Shown piece after piece: positions 29,340 through 38,988 of a DNA stretch of 64,000 bases. The stretch is from contig JAHWKW010000004.1 in assembly GCA_019347675.1 (NCBI GenBank), positions 104,123-168,122 on the forward strand, read 5' to 3'. Numbering within the stretch: position 1 is the first letter of the stretch; every line of letters begins with the position of its first letter. Under the pieces are notes generated by a model that was given only the letters and a program-made list of their open reading frames with translations, was not told where the DNA came from and did not search any database. Both the position numbers and the translations under genes were made by a program. The DNA is from Actinomycetota bacterium. GTDB lineage: Bacteria; Actinomycetota; Nitriliruptoria; Nitriliruptorales; JAHWKO01.

Positions 29340-29774
29340 TCACGTGGTGGGGGTCGGGGTTCCCGTCCGGGTCGGCGTGGGGGTCGTCGTCTGCTCGGCC
29401 TGAGCCTCCGCCGTCTCGGTCGCGGTGGGACTCGTGGTGACCGTCGGGGTCGGGCTCGCCGTCTCGGTCGCGGTCGGCGTGGGACTCGTCGGCTCGGTCG
29501 CGGTCGGCGTCGCCGTCGCGGTGTCCGTCGGCGTTGGCGTGGGGCTGGCGGTGTCGGTGCCAGCCGGTTCGGGTTCCTGATCGGTGTCGGGCGTCGATGC
29601 CTCGGGTGGCGGTCGGCCCGGCGGCTCGCGGAAGACGCGGTCGGGGACGCCGACCGCTTCGCCGCCCCGTTCGATCGTGATGTGCAGCCAGCCGGACAGC
29701 TCGAGCCAGCGCCCGCCGAGGAAGCCCCCCAGCGCCACGACGGTGATCAGCGGGTAGACGAAGAGTCGGTGCAT
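29340..29774 (-). CDS. N-terminally anchored Pro/Thr-rich low-complexity protein
   Basis: 144 aa: TM helix (LFVYPLITVVALGGFLGG), then a TPTPT/TATE-rich tail (repeats such as SPTPTATETASPTPT). Confidence 0.5.
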   Translation of the reverse strand: MHRLFVYPLITVVALGGFLGGRWLELSGWLHITIERGGEAVGVPDRVFREPPGRPPPEASTPDTDQEPEPAGTDTASPTPTPTDTATATPTATEPTSPTPTATETASPTPTVTTSPTATETAEAQAEQTTTPTPTRTGTPTPTT

Positions 29775-29830
29775 ACCAACACCATAAGCGCTCCCGGATC
29801 AGCGCCGCGGGCGGCCGTCCATCGGCGATC

Positions 29831-31330
29831 TCAGGCGCCGTCGCGGGCCCTCGCGAGCGCGGCGACGTTGAACTCAGCCTGCGCGAGTTGCTCGTGCTCG
29901 TCGGGGACCGGGATCGGGTAGCGGCCATCGAAGCAGGCACGGCACAGCTGATCCGCGCTGTCGGGCACCGCGTCAACGAGCCCGTCGAGGGTGAGGTAGT
30001 GCAGCGAATCCGCACCGACGAACGCGGCGACCTCCTCGACCGTCATGCCGGCGGCGATCAGCTGCGCCCGGTCGGCCATGTCGATGCCGTAGTAGCAGGG
30101 GTGGGTGATCGGCGGCGAGGTGATCCGCAGGTGCACCTCGGCGGCGCCGGCTTCGCGGAGCATGCGGACCAGCTCGCGGGAGGTGTTGCCGCGCACGATC
30201 GAGTCGTCGACGACCACCAGCCGCTGACCCTCGATCACCGAACGCAGCGGGTTGAGCTTCAGTCGGATGCCCAGCTGCCGCAGCGACTGCGACGGCTCGA
30301 TGAACGTGCGCCCCACGTACCGGTTCTTCACCAGCCCCTCGGCGTAGGGCAGCCCGGACCCCTCGGCGTAACCGGCCGCGGCTGCGGTGCCCGAGTCGGG
30401 CACCGGGATGACCAGGTCAGCAGCGGCGGGAGCCTCCCGCGCGAGGATGCGCCCCATCTGGCGTCGCGCCGCGTAGACGCTGGTGCCGCTCCTGCGGTGG
30501 TCGGGGCGGGCCAGGTACACCCACTCGAACAGGCAGAACCGGACGGTGGGCTCGGCGAAACGACGCGACCGCACCCCGTGCGCGTCGATGATCACTACCT
30601 CTCCCGGCTCGACCTCGCGGAGCTCGTGCGCACCGACGATGTCGAGCGCGGCACTCTCGGAGGCGACGACGTAGCCGGTGGGAAGACGGCCGAGCAGCAG
30701 GGGACGGACGCCCCACGGGTCGCGGACCGCGAACAGGGTGTGCTCGTCCATGACGACCAGCGAGAACGCCCCCGACAGCTTGGGCATGGTGGACACGATG
30801 GCTTCTTCGAGCGACACGTCCTGATCCGCGGCCAGCAGTGACGCCATCAGGCTGCTGTCGTTGGCCGGTGCGACGCCAGGCCCCAGCATCCGGGCGACGT
30901 CGGCGGTGTTGCACAGGTTGCCGTTGTGGCACAGCGCAAGCTGTCCCCCCGCGGGGGTCTCGCGGAACTGCGGCTGGGCGTTCGGCCACGACGACGACCC
31001 GGTCGTGGAGTAGCGCACGTGGCCGACCGCGAGGTGACCTTCCAGCGCCGCCAGCTGAGACTCGTTGAACACCTGGCTGACCAGGCCCATGTCCTTGGTG
31101 ACCGTGATGTGGGCGCCGTCGGAGACGGCCATGCCGGCCGATTCCTGGCCGCGGTGCTGCAGGGCGAACAGCCCGTAGTAGGTCAGCTTCGCGACGTCCT
31201 CGCCGGGGGCATACACCGCGAAGACGCCGCACTCCTCACGCGGGCCCTCCCCCAGCCGTGCGAGGTCGTCCGCGCCGTCGGGGCGGGGCGCGGCCAGCGG
31301 GAGTCTGCGGCCGGGCAGGGCGAACGCCAC
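29831..31330 (-). CDS. purF: Amidophosphoribosyltransferase
   Basis: GTG at 31330, preceded by AAGGAG 5 nt upstream, inside ORF 29831..31549. CGVFAVY Ntn cysteine, LFALQHRGQESAG, VVVDDSIVRGNT. Confidence 0.9.
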   Translation of the reverse strand: MAFALPGRRLPLAAPRPDGADDLARLGEGPREECGVFAVYAPGEDVAKLTYYGLFALQHRGQESAGMAVSDGAHITVTKDMGLVSQVFNESQLAALEGHLAVGHVRYSTTGSSSWPNAQPQFRETPAGGQLALCHNGNLCNTADVARMLGPGVAPANDSSLMASLLAADQDVSLEEAIVSTMPKLSGAFSLVVMDEHTLFAVRDPWGVRPLLLGRLPTGYVVASESAALDIVGAHELREVEPGEVVIIDAHGVRSRRFAEPTVRFCLFEWVYLARPDHRRSGTSVYAARRQMGRILAREAPAAADLVIPVPDSGTAAAAGYAEGSGLPYAEGLVKNRYVGRTFIEPSQSLRQLGIRLKLNPLRSVIEGQRLVVVDDSIVRGNTSRELVRMLREAGAAEVHLRITSPPITHPCYYGIDMADRAQLIAAGMTVEEVAAFVGADSLHYLTLDGLVDAVPDSADQLCRACFDGRYPIPVPDEHEQLAQAEFNVAALARARDGA

Positions 31331-31472
31331 ACGGGCTCCTTGGAAAGGGAAGTGGCGCGAGTGTACGGCCCTGACGCTCTCGCGGCCGGTCCCGTGAGGC
31401 GACACGCCCGCACGTGGCCGCCCCGTACCGTACACTTGTAGCGCACGTTCCACTTCTGCCGGGAGAGTCGCC

Positions 31473-33425
31473 GTGAGCCAGCAGCCGAAGGTCACCGAGC
31501 AAGAGGCCCGCGAGGTCGCCGAGGCGGCGCGCGAGGTCGCCTGGGACAAGCCCAGCTTCGGGAAGCAGCTGTTCCTCGGCAGCTTCGACCTCGAGCTGAT
31601 CCACCCTCACCCGCGGCCCCGCCCCGCGAGCGTCGAGAAGGGTGAACGGTTCCTGCGCGAGCTCGAGGCTTTCCTGCGCGAGAACGTCGATCCGCTACAG
31701 ATCGAACGCGAGGAACGGATCACCGACGATGTGATCCGCGGCCTGATCGAGCTGGGCGCGCTGGGCATGAAGATCGACGAGGAGTACGGCGGCCTGGGAC
31801 TGTCGCAGGTGTACTACAACCGGGCGCTGGCGCTGGCGGGCTCCGCTCACCCGTCGCTGGCCACGTTGCTGTCCGCCCACCAATCGATCGGCGTGCCGCA
31901 GCCGCTGAAGCTGTTCGGCACCGACGAGCAGAAGCGCAAGTGGCTGCCGCGGTGCACCCGTGAGATCAGCGCGTTCCTGCTGACCGAACCCGACGTCGGC
32001 AGCGACCCAGCGCGGATGGGGGCGACCGCCGTCCCGACCGCCGACGGCGACGCCTACCTCATCAACGGCCTGAAGCTGTGGACCACCAACGGTGTGATCG
32101 CCGACCTGCTGGTGGTGATGGCCGTGGTCCCGCCGAGCGACGGTCACCGCGGCGGCATCAGTGCGTTCGTCGTGGAGATGGACACGCCCGGGATCACGGT
32201 CGTCAACCGCAACCGGTTCATGGGTCTGCGCGGGATCGAGAACGGCGTCACCCGCTTCGACAACGTGCGGGTCCCCAAGGAGAACCTGATCGCCAAGGAG
32301 GGCATGGGTCTCAAGATCGCGCTCACCACCCTCAACACGGGCCGGCTCTCGCTCCCCGCGATCTGCGCGGCCGCCGCGAAGTGGTCGCTGAAGATCGCAC
32401 GCGAGTGGGCCAGCGAGCGCGTGCAGTGGGGGCGCCCGATCGGTCAGCACGAAGCCGTCGCGGAGCACATCTCGTTCATCGCCGCGGTGGCCTTCGGGCT
32501 CGAGGCGGTGGTGGAGCTGGCCAGCACCATGGCTGACGAGGGCGCCAAGGACATCCGCATCGAGGCCGCCATCGCCAAGCTGTACGGCTCGGAGATGGCG
32601 TGGCTCGCCGTCGACCGGCTGGTGCAGGTCCGGGGCGGCCGCGGGTACGAGACCGCCGATTCGCTGGCGGCACGCGGCGAGAAGCCCATCCCCGCCGAGC
32701 AGGTCCTGCGCGACATGCGCATCAACCGCATCTTCGAAGGATCGTCGGAGATCATGCGACTGCTGATCGCCCGCGAGGCGGTCGACCAGCACCTGGCGGT
32801 CGCAGGCGGGATCATCGACCCGGACAAGGAACTGAGCGAGAAGGCGCGGGTCGGCCTGGAGGCGGCCGGCTTCTACGCCCGGTGGCTGCCCACCCTGGCG
32901 GTCGGCGCCGGCCAGATGCCCAACAGCTACGAGGAGTTCGGGCCCCTGGCCGAACACCTGCGCTTCGTCGAACGGAACGCACGGAAGCTGGCCCGCTCCA
33001 CGTTCTACGCGATGTCGCGGTGGCAGGGGAAGCTCGAACGCAAGCAGATGTTCCTCGGCCGGATCGTGGACATCGGCTGCGAGCTGTTCGCGATCAGCGC
33101 CGCCTGCTCCCGGGCGCAGATGATCCTCGAGAACCACGGCGTCGAGCGGGGTCGTGCAGCCCAGGAGCTGGCCGACCTGTTCTGCCGCGGCGCTCGGCGG
33201 CGGTCCGAGCGGCTGTTCCACGAGCTGTGGCACAACGACGACGACGTGGTCTACACCGCCGCACAGCGGGCCCTCAACGGCCGCTACACGTGGCTGGAGG
33301 AAGGGGTGCTGGACCTGTCGGGCGACCGCCCGATGGTCCGCGAACCGGCACCGATCGCGGTCACCGAGAACATGCACCGCAAGATCAGCGCCGACGTCAC
33401 GCTGCGTGCGGGTGCGACAGGGTAA
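31473..33425 (+). CDS. Long-form acyl-CoA dehydrogenase (VLCAD/ACAD9-like, with C-terminal extension)
   Basis: 650 aa: AFLLTEPDVGSDPARM, LWTTNG, RIFEGSSEI. Confidence 0.85.
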   Translation: MSQQPKVTEQEAREVAEAAREVAWDKPSFGKQLFLGSFDLELIHPHPRPRPASVEKGERFLRELEAFLRENVDPLQIEREERITDDVIRGLIELGALGMKIDEEYGGLGLSQVYYNRALALAGSAHPSLATLLSAHQSIGVPQPLKLFGTDEQKRKWLPRCTREISAFLLTEPDVGSDPARMGATAVPTADGDAYLINGLKLWTTNGVIADLLVVMAVVPPSDGHRGGISAFVVEMDTPGITVVNRNRFMGLRGIENGVTRFDNVRVPKENLIAKEGMGLKIALTTLNTGRLSLPAICAAAAKWSLKIAREWASERVQWGRPIGQHEAVAEHISFIAAVAFGLEAVVELASTMADEGAKDIRIEAAIAKLYGSEMAWLAVDRLVQVRGGRGYETADSLAARGEKPIPAEQVLRDMRINRIFEGSSEIMRLLIAREAVDQHLAVAGGIIDPDKELSEKARVGLEAAGFYARWLPTLAVGAGQMPNSYEEFGPLAEHLRFVERNARKLARSTFYAMSRWQGKLERKQMFLGRIVDIGCELFAISAACSRAQMILENHGVERGRAAQELADLFCRGARRRSERLFHELWHNDDDVVYTAAQRALNGRYTWLEEGVLDLSGDRPMVREPAPIAVTENMHRKISADVTLRAGATG

Positions 33426-33515
33426 GGACACCGACCGCACCCCAAGTGCGGCCCTGGCTGGCGAACGACAGGCTGACGTGCCGGTACGGTCGGGCCGACC
33501 ACGAGAGGGGCGCCC

Positions 33516-35174
33516 GTGATCGACCAGTCGTTCGCTGTCGACGCCCGTCGGGACGTCCAGCCGTACGGCAAGGTCTTCGATGACGGGCCGCTGGGGATGT
33601 GCCTGGTGGGTTCCGACCTGCGGTACGTCGACGCCAACGAGGCCTACTGCCGCATCACCGGGTACACGCTGAACGAGCTGCGTCAACGCACGTTCCGCGA
33701 CATCACCCACCCCGAGGACGTCGACGGCGAGACGCAGCTCGCCACCCGGCTGTTCGAGGGCAGCGTCCGCAGCTACCAGATCGAGAAGCGCTACCTGCAC
33801 CGCCGGGGGGGCGTGGTCTGGGCCAACCTGCACGTGTCGACCGTCGCCGACGACGACGGCCGGCGCCTCGCGCTCGCCATGATCGAGGACATCTCGGAGC
33901 GCAAGCGCGCCCAAGTGCAACTCGAACGGACGAACGCCGAACTGCAACGGGCCAACCAGCGCCTGCAACGCCGCACCGAGATGGATGGCCAACTCGCCGA
34001 GGCCGCGCGGGCGGTGAGCACCGCCCGCGACGTCCGGACTGCGTTCGCCTCCTTCACTCGGGTGCTGAGCGACGTGGTGCCCTTCGACTGGGCGGCGCTG
34101 GCCGTCCCGGACAGCGACCGGCGGGTGCGCGTCGCACTGGTCACCGGCGACGCGGCCGACGCGCTCCCGGCCGGGTCGCTGATCGACGCCGGGAAACCGG
34201 ACCTGCGGGCGGCGTTGGAAGCCGGTCGCGCGTATCTCCGCCGCGACCTGCAGGCCGGTGAGCCCTCGCCGGTCGACGAGCAGCTTCTGGCGCGCGGCCT
34301 GCACGCCTACGTCGCGGTCCCGATCCGCGTGGGAGGCGAGGTGACCGGGGCGGTGATGTTGGCGTGGGCCGATCCGGTCGGTTGCGACCTCGACGACGTT
34401 CCCCTGCTGGAGGCGTTCGTCCGCGAGGCCGCCGGAGCGCTGAGCACGCTGCTGCTGTTGGAGCAGGAGCGCACGATCGCCCAGAGCCTGCGCGAACTGG
34501 ATCGGCTGAAGAACGACTTCGTCGGGGTGGTCGTGCACGACCTGCGCGGGCCGTTGGCCCTGGTCGCGGGGTACGCCGACCTGCTCCGCGATGACTGGGG
34601 AACGCTCGACGAGGCCGCGAAGCTGCACTACCTCGACCGCATCAGGCGGACCGCGCACGACATCAGCGAACGCGTCGGCGAGATCCTGATGGTCGCGCGG
34701 ATCGACTCCGGGGAGATCCCCTGCGAGCCGTCGCGGTTGGATCTGGCCGGGGTCGTCGACCGGGCCGTCGCGGACGCGTGCACCGAGCATCCCGACCGTC
34801 GCTGCGTCGTGGACCTGGAGCCAGGGCTCGAACCGGCGCACGCCGATCGGTCGCACACCCGTCGGATCCTGCGCAACCTGCTGGCCAACGCGCTGAAGTT
34901 CTCACCGGCGGACAGCAACGTGCGGGTCTCGGTGCGGCGGTCCGGCGACGAGATCGTCGTCTCGGTCCGTGACCAGGGGATGGGGATCGCCCCCCAAGAC
35001 GCCGACAAGCTGTTCCGGAAGTTCTCGCGTCTGGGCGGTGGAGGCCGCCCCGACGGCACCGGGCTCGGCCTGTACGTGTGCAAGGCGCTGGCCGAGGCGC
35101 AACGCGGACGTATCTGGTTCGACAGCGTCCCGGGCCAGGGCAGCACCTTCAGCTTCACCGTCCCGGTGGCCTGA
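33516..35174 (+). CDS. Cytoplasmic PAS-GAF sensor histidine kinase (orphan)
   Basis: PAS (DANEAYCRITGYTLNEL...IEKRYLHRRGGVVW), coiled coil, GAF-like middle, H-box VVVHDLRGPL, N-box LLANALKFSP, DQGMGI, GTGLGLYV. No adjacent response regulator. Confidence 0.85.
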   Translation: MIDQSFAVDARRDVQPYGKVFDDGPLGMCLVGSDLRYVDANEAYCRITGYTLNELRQRTFRDITHPEDVDGETQLATRLFEGSVRSYQIEKRYLHRRGGVVWANLHVSTVADDDGRRLALAMIEDISERKRAQVQLERTNAELQRANQRLQRRTEMDGQLAEAARAVSTARDVRTAFASFTRVLSDVVPFDWAALAVPDSDRRVRVALVTGDAADALPAGSLIDAGKPDLRAALEAGRAYLRRDLQAGEPSPVDEQLLARGLHAYVAVPIRVGGEVTGAVMLAWADPVGCDLDDVPLLEAFVREAAGALSTLLLLEQERTIAQSLRELDRLKNDFVGVVVHDLRGPLALVAGYADLLRDDWGTLDEAAKLHYLDRIRRTAHDISERVGEILMVARIDSGEIPCEPSRLDLAGVVDRAVADACTEHPDRRCVVDLEPGLEPAHADRSHTRRILRNLLANALKFSPADSNVRVSVRRSGDEIVVSVRDQGMGIAPQDADKLFRKFSRLGGGGRPDGTGLGLYVCKALAEAQRGRIWFDSVPGQGSTFSFTVPVA

Positions 35175-35194
35175 ACAGGCTCTGCGGCCCAGGG

Positions 35195-37492
35195 TCAGGC
35201 CAGCCGGTCAGCCTCCAGCGCCCGCGGCAACCCGCCCTCGTACGCGGCGCGCGCCCCGTCCAGCGGCAGGTCGACGACGCCGACCACCTCGATGCGGTCT
35301 CCGCCGACGGTTCCCGCGCGCCGCAGCCACACCTCGTGCTCGCGGCACGCCGCCTCGAAGTCGGTCACCCGCTCGCACGGCACGCTCACCACGACACGGG
35401 TGGGCGCCTCGGAGAACAGCGCCTGCACAGGGTCCACGCCGGCGTCGGGTTCGAAGCGGACCCCGACCTCGCCGGCCAGCGCGGATTCCGTGAGGGCGGC
35501 CAGCAGGCCACCGTCGGAGATGTCGTGGGCGCTGGCGACGACACCGTCGCGGGCCACCGCGGCCAGCAGCCGGTGCAGCCGACGTTCGGCGTCGAGGTCG
35601 ATGGGTTCCAGACGCCCGCCCAGCGGAGCGCCCAGCAGCTTCTGTAGCTGGCTGCCGGCCAGGCCGGGGCGGGTCGGCGCCCCGACCTGGTACACGCGGT
35701 GGCCGGCCGCTTGGAAGCCGATCCCGATCGCTCGGGTCACGTCGTCGAGGACCCCGACTACACCGACCACCGGGGTGGGGTGGATGGCCCGCCCGGCGGT
35801 CTCGTTGTAGAAGCTGACGTTCCCGCCGGTGATCGGTGTCCCCAGCGCCTCGCAGGCGTCGCCGAGCCCGGCCACCGCCTGGGCGAACTGCCACATCACC
35901 TCGGGACGTTCGGGGCTGCCGAAGTTCAGGCAGTTGGTGGCAGCCACGGGCCGGGCTCCGGCGCAGGCGACGTTGCGGGCCGCCTCGGCCACCACGCGGC
36001 GGGTGCCCTCACGCGGGTCGAGCTCGCACCAGCGGCCGTGCCCGTCGGTGGCCACGGCGATGCCGTGACGGGCGCCCATCAGGCGGAGCACGGCGGCGTC
36101 CCCGCCCGGTCCGGCGACTGTCGTCGAGCCCACCAGCTGGTCGTACTGCTGGTACACCCACCGCTTGCTTGCGACGTTGGGGCTGGCGAGCAGGTCCAGG
36201 GCCACCGACGACAGGTCGGCGCCGACGTCGAGGGCCTCGGCGTCGACGTGGGCGTAGCGGTCGAGCCAGTCGGGGCGTCGGGCGGGGCGGTCGTACAGGG
36301 GGGCTTCGTGCGCGAGCGACCGGGCAGGCACGTCGGCGACCACCTCACCGTCGCGGACGACCTCCAGCCGGTCTCCGTCGGTGACCTCGCCGATCACCGT
36401 CGCCGGGACCTCCCAGCGGTTGCAGACGGCGACGACCTCGTCGAGGCGGTCGGGCGGGACCAGGGCGAGCATCCGCTCTTGCGACTCGGAGCACAGGATC
36501 TCCCACGACTCCATGGACGGTTCGCGCAGGTGGACCGCGGACAGCTCCACCCGCATCCCGACGTCCGACCTCGACGCCATCTCCGATGTCGAGGAGGTGA
36601 TCCCCGCGGCGCCCATGTCCTGGATCCCGGCGACCAGCTCACGCTCGTAGAGCTCCAGGCAGCACTCGATCAGGAGCTTCTCGGCGAACGGATCGCCGAC
36701 CTGCACGTTGGGGCGCTTGTCGGCGCTGGCCGCGTCGAACCCGGCGGATGCGAGCACGGACGCCCCGCCGATGCCGTCGCGTCCGGTGGCGGATCCGATC
36801 AGGACGGCCAGGTCCCCGACACGCTGGGCGCGGGCCAACTGCAACCGGTCGGCGGGGAGCACCCCGACGCACAGGACGTTCACCAGCGGGTTGCCGGCGT
36901 AGCTGTCGTCGAACACGGTCTCACCACCGACGGTGGGCACACCCACACAGTTGCCGTACCCGCCCACGCCCCGCACGACCCCGTCGATCAGGTGGCGTTG
37001 GAAGGCGTCTCCGGGGTTACCGAAGCGGAGCGGATCGAGCAGCGCGACGGGGCGCGCCCCCATCGTCAGGATGTCGCGGATGATCCCGCCGACCCCGGTG
37101 GCCGCGCCCTGGTAGGGCTCCACGAAGGACGGATGGTTGTGGGACTCGATCTTGAAGGTCACGGCCAACCCGTCGCCCACGTCGACCACGCCCGCGTTCT
37201 CACCGGGTCCCACCAGGACGTGCGGACCTTCGGTCGGCAGACCGCGGAGATGCAACCGGCTCGACTTGTACGAGCAGTGTTCCGACCACATCACCGAGTA
37301 CATGCCGAGCTCCGACTTCGACGGGACGCGACCCAGCGTGGCCACGATCCGTTCGTACTCCTCTGTGGTGAGGCCGAGCTCATCGGCGAGCCGCCGCGCG
37401 TCGGCGTCGCCGAGTTCCTCCCCGACCGGGAAGATCGGGCTCTCGCCCGGCACGCCCCGCGCCGTCTCGACCGTGGGAGGTTCGGGCATCAC
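35195..37492 (-). CDS. purL: FGAM synthase subunit PurL
   Basis: 765 aa: ELGMYSVMWSEHCSYKSS, and the ATP-grasp-like duplicated PurM-type domains. Confidence 0.9.
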   Translation of the reverse strand: MMPEPPTVETARGVPGESPIFPVGEELGDADARRLADELGLTTEEYERIVATLGRVPSKSELGMYSVMWSEHCSYKSSRLHLRGLPTEGPHVLVGPGENAGVVDVGDGLAVTFKIESHNHPSFVEPYQGAATGVGGIIRDILTMGARPVALLDPLRFGNPGDAFQRHLIDGVVRGVGGYGNCVGVPTVGGETVFDDSYAGNPLVNVLCVGVLPADRLQLARAQRVGDLAVLIGSATGRDGIGGASVLASAGFDAASADKRPNVQVGDPFAEKLLIECCLELYERELVAGIQDMGAAGITSSTSEMASRSDVGMRVELSAVHLREPSMESWEILCSESQERMLALVPPDRLDEVVAVCNRWEVPATVIGEVTDGDRLEVVRDGEVVADVPARSLAHEAPLYDRPARRPDWLDRYAHVDAEALDVGADLSSVALDLLASPNVASKRWVYQQYDQLVGSTTVAGPGGDAAVLRLMGARHGIAVATDGHGRWCELDPREGTRRVVAEAARNVACAGARPVAATNCLNFGSPERPEVMWQFAQAVAGLGDACEALGTPITGGNVSFYNETAGRAIHPTPVVGVVGVLDDVTRAIGIGFQAAGHRVYQVGAPTRPGLAGSQLQKLLGAPLGGRLEPIDLDAERRLHRLLAAVARDGVVASAHDISDGGLLAALTESALAGEVGVRFEPDAGVDPVQALFSEAPTRVVVSVPCERVTDFEAACREHEVWLRRAGTVGGDRIEVVGVVDLPLDGARAAYEGGLPRALEADRLA

Positions 37493-37536
37493 ATCGCTCC
37501 GTCGGGACGTCGGTGCAGGCTACGCGTGGGCGCAGG

Positions 37537-38218
37537 TCAGTCCACGGGTGCCTGGCGCAGGTGGGCGAGCACGCTGGCGAAGATGCGTCGCCCGTCGGTG
37601 CCGAACGCCAGCGACGGGTCGGTGGCGTGCTCGGGGTGGGGCATCAGACCCGCGACGTTGCGGCCAGCGTTGACCACGCCCGCGATGTCGCGAACCGAGC
37701 CGTTGGGGTTGTGCCCAGCGGCGTACCGCATCAGCACCCCACCCTCAGCTTCGAGTCGGTCGAGGGTGGCGGGTTCGGCGTGGTAGCGGCCCTCGCCGTG
37801 CTTGACGGGCAGACGCAGCCGGGTCCCGGGGGGCAGGTCCGCCGTCCAGGCGCAGGTGGCTTCCAGGACCACCTCGACCTCGCGGCACACGAACCGCAGT
37901 CCCTCGTTCATCAGCAGCGCGCCGGGGAGGAGGTCCGCCTCGCACAGGATCTGGAACCCGTTGCAGATGCCGAGGACGGGACCGCCCGCAGCGGCGAAGT
38001 CCTTGACCGCCGCCATGATCGGTGCCAGGTGCGCGACCGCGCCGGTGCGCAGGTAGTCGCCGTAGGAGAACCCCCCGGGCAGGACCACGGCGTCGACGCC
38101 CTTGAGGTCGCGGTCGGCGTGCCACAGCTCGACCGCGTCTGCACCGGCCAGCTCGCAAGCCGCGCGCGCGTCGCGGTCGTCGAGCGACCCGGGGAAGGTG
38201 ATCACGCCGATCTGCAAC
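37537..38218 (-). CDS. purQ: FGAM synthase glutaminase subunit PurQ
   Basis: TTG at 38218 (GGGAG 8 nt upstream) inside ORF 37537..38634. IGVITFPGSLDDRD, GICNGFQIL, MPHPE. Confidence 0.9.
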
Positions 38219-38222
38219 GTCG

Positions 38223-38984
38223 CTACTCCCGTGGGTAACCGGCCCGTCGGATGCTGTGGAGCGGGTCGGGCTCGGTGAGGAGCTCTCGGACGTCGCTGCA
38301 GCCACGGGGCGGGTTGTCCCCCAGCGCCAACCGTTCGCACCCCAGGTGTTGCGCCTGGACGGCGGCGAGCTCGTCGCGGGCGGTGACGGGACGGCCCGGG
38401 AAGCCCTGGCCGAGGTGGACGAGCTCGTGGATGATCGCGGGGGCGGCTCGGGCGCCGGGCTCGAACTGGAACTTGGCGTTGATCTCGACGACGGTGGCGC
38501 CGTCTTCGACGCGGGCGCTCGACTCCACGCCGGTCAGCTCGAACACCGCGATCCGCAGCATCCCGTTGGACGCTGCCCACCGCTCGAGGCCCGTGCGCGC
38601 CACCCCCAGGTCGGGTCGCTGCAGCAGCTGGCACACGGCGCTGAGCGCCCGACGGCTGGTGGCGCGGGCCGATTCGTCACCGACCAGGGTGATCCCCGCG
38701 GCGCAGTCGGGGCCGGGCTCGGCGGTGCGGATCCGGTTGAGGGTGGCGTCACCGCGCTCGTGCGTGACGGTGGCGTTCCCCGGCGGGCGGCGGGCGGCCG
38801 GGTCGATCTGCGGACGCGAGATCGAAAGGAACGCCCAGATCACCACGCCGACGCCGACCGGGATCAGGACCACCACCGCGATGGCGAACCAGCGGTGCAG
38901 CAGCGGGGCGCCGGTGGGATCGCTCGGCAGGCCGTCATCGACTCCGCCCGGTCCGGAACGGGTGCGGGAGCGCAGGCTCGTCAC
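38223..38984 (-). CDS. Membrane-anchored extracytoplasmic protein with HExxH motif
   Basis: GTG at 38984, 4 nt after the purS stop. One TM helix (WFAIAVVVLIPVGVGVVIWAFL), 4 Cys, IIHELVHLGQG. It ends 4 nt before the purQ start. The upstream part of ORF 38223..39125 overlaps purS out of frame. Confidence 0.6.
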   Translation of the reverse strand: MTSLRSRTRSGPGGVDDGLPSDPTGAPLLHRWFAIAVVVLIPVGVGVVIWAFLSISRPQIDPAARRPPGNATVTHERGDATLNRIRTAEPGPDCAAGITLVGDESARATSRRALSAVCQLLQRPDLGVARTGLERWAASNGMLRIAVFELTGVESSARVEDGATVVEINAKFQFEPGARAAPAIIHELVHLGQGFPGRPVTARDELAAVQAQHLGCERLALGDNPPRGCSDVRELLTEPDPLHSIRRAGYPRE

Positions 38985-38988
38985 AGGT

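Noticed and set aside
31695-34856. 1053-aa minus-strand ORF, the longest in the track
   Set aside because: It lies antisense to two genes with unmistakable motifs (an acyl-CoA dehydrogenase and a PAS-GAF histidine kinase). The product is Arg/Gly/Pro/Asp/His-rich with no motifs, the typical high-GC shadow ORF.
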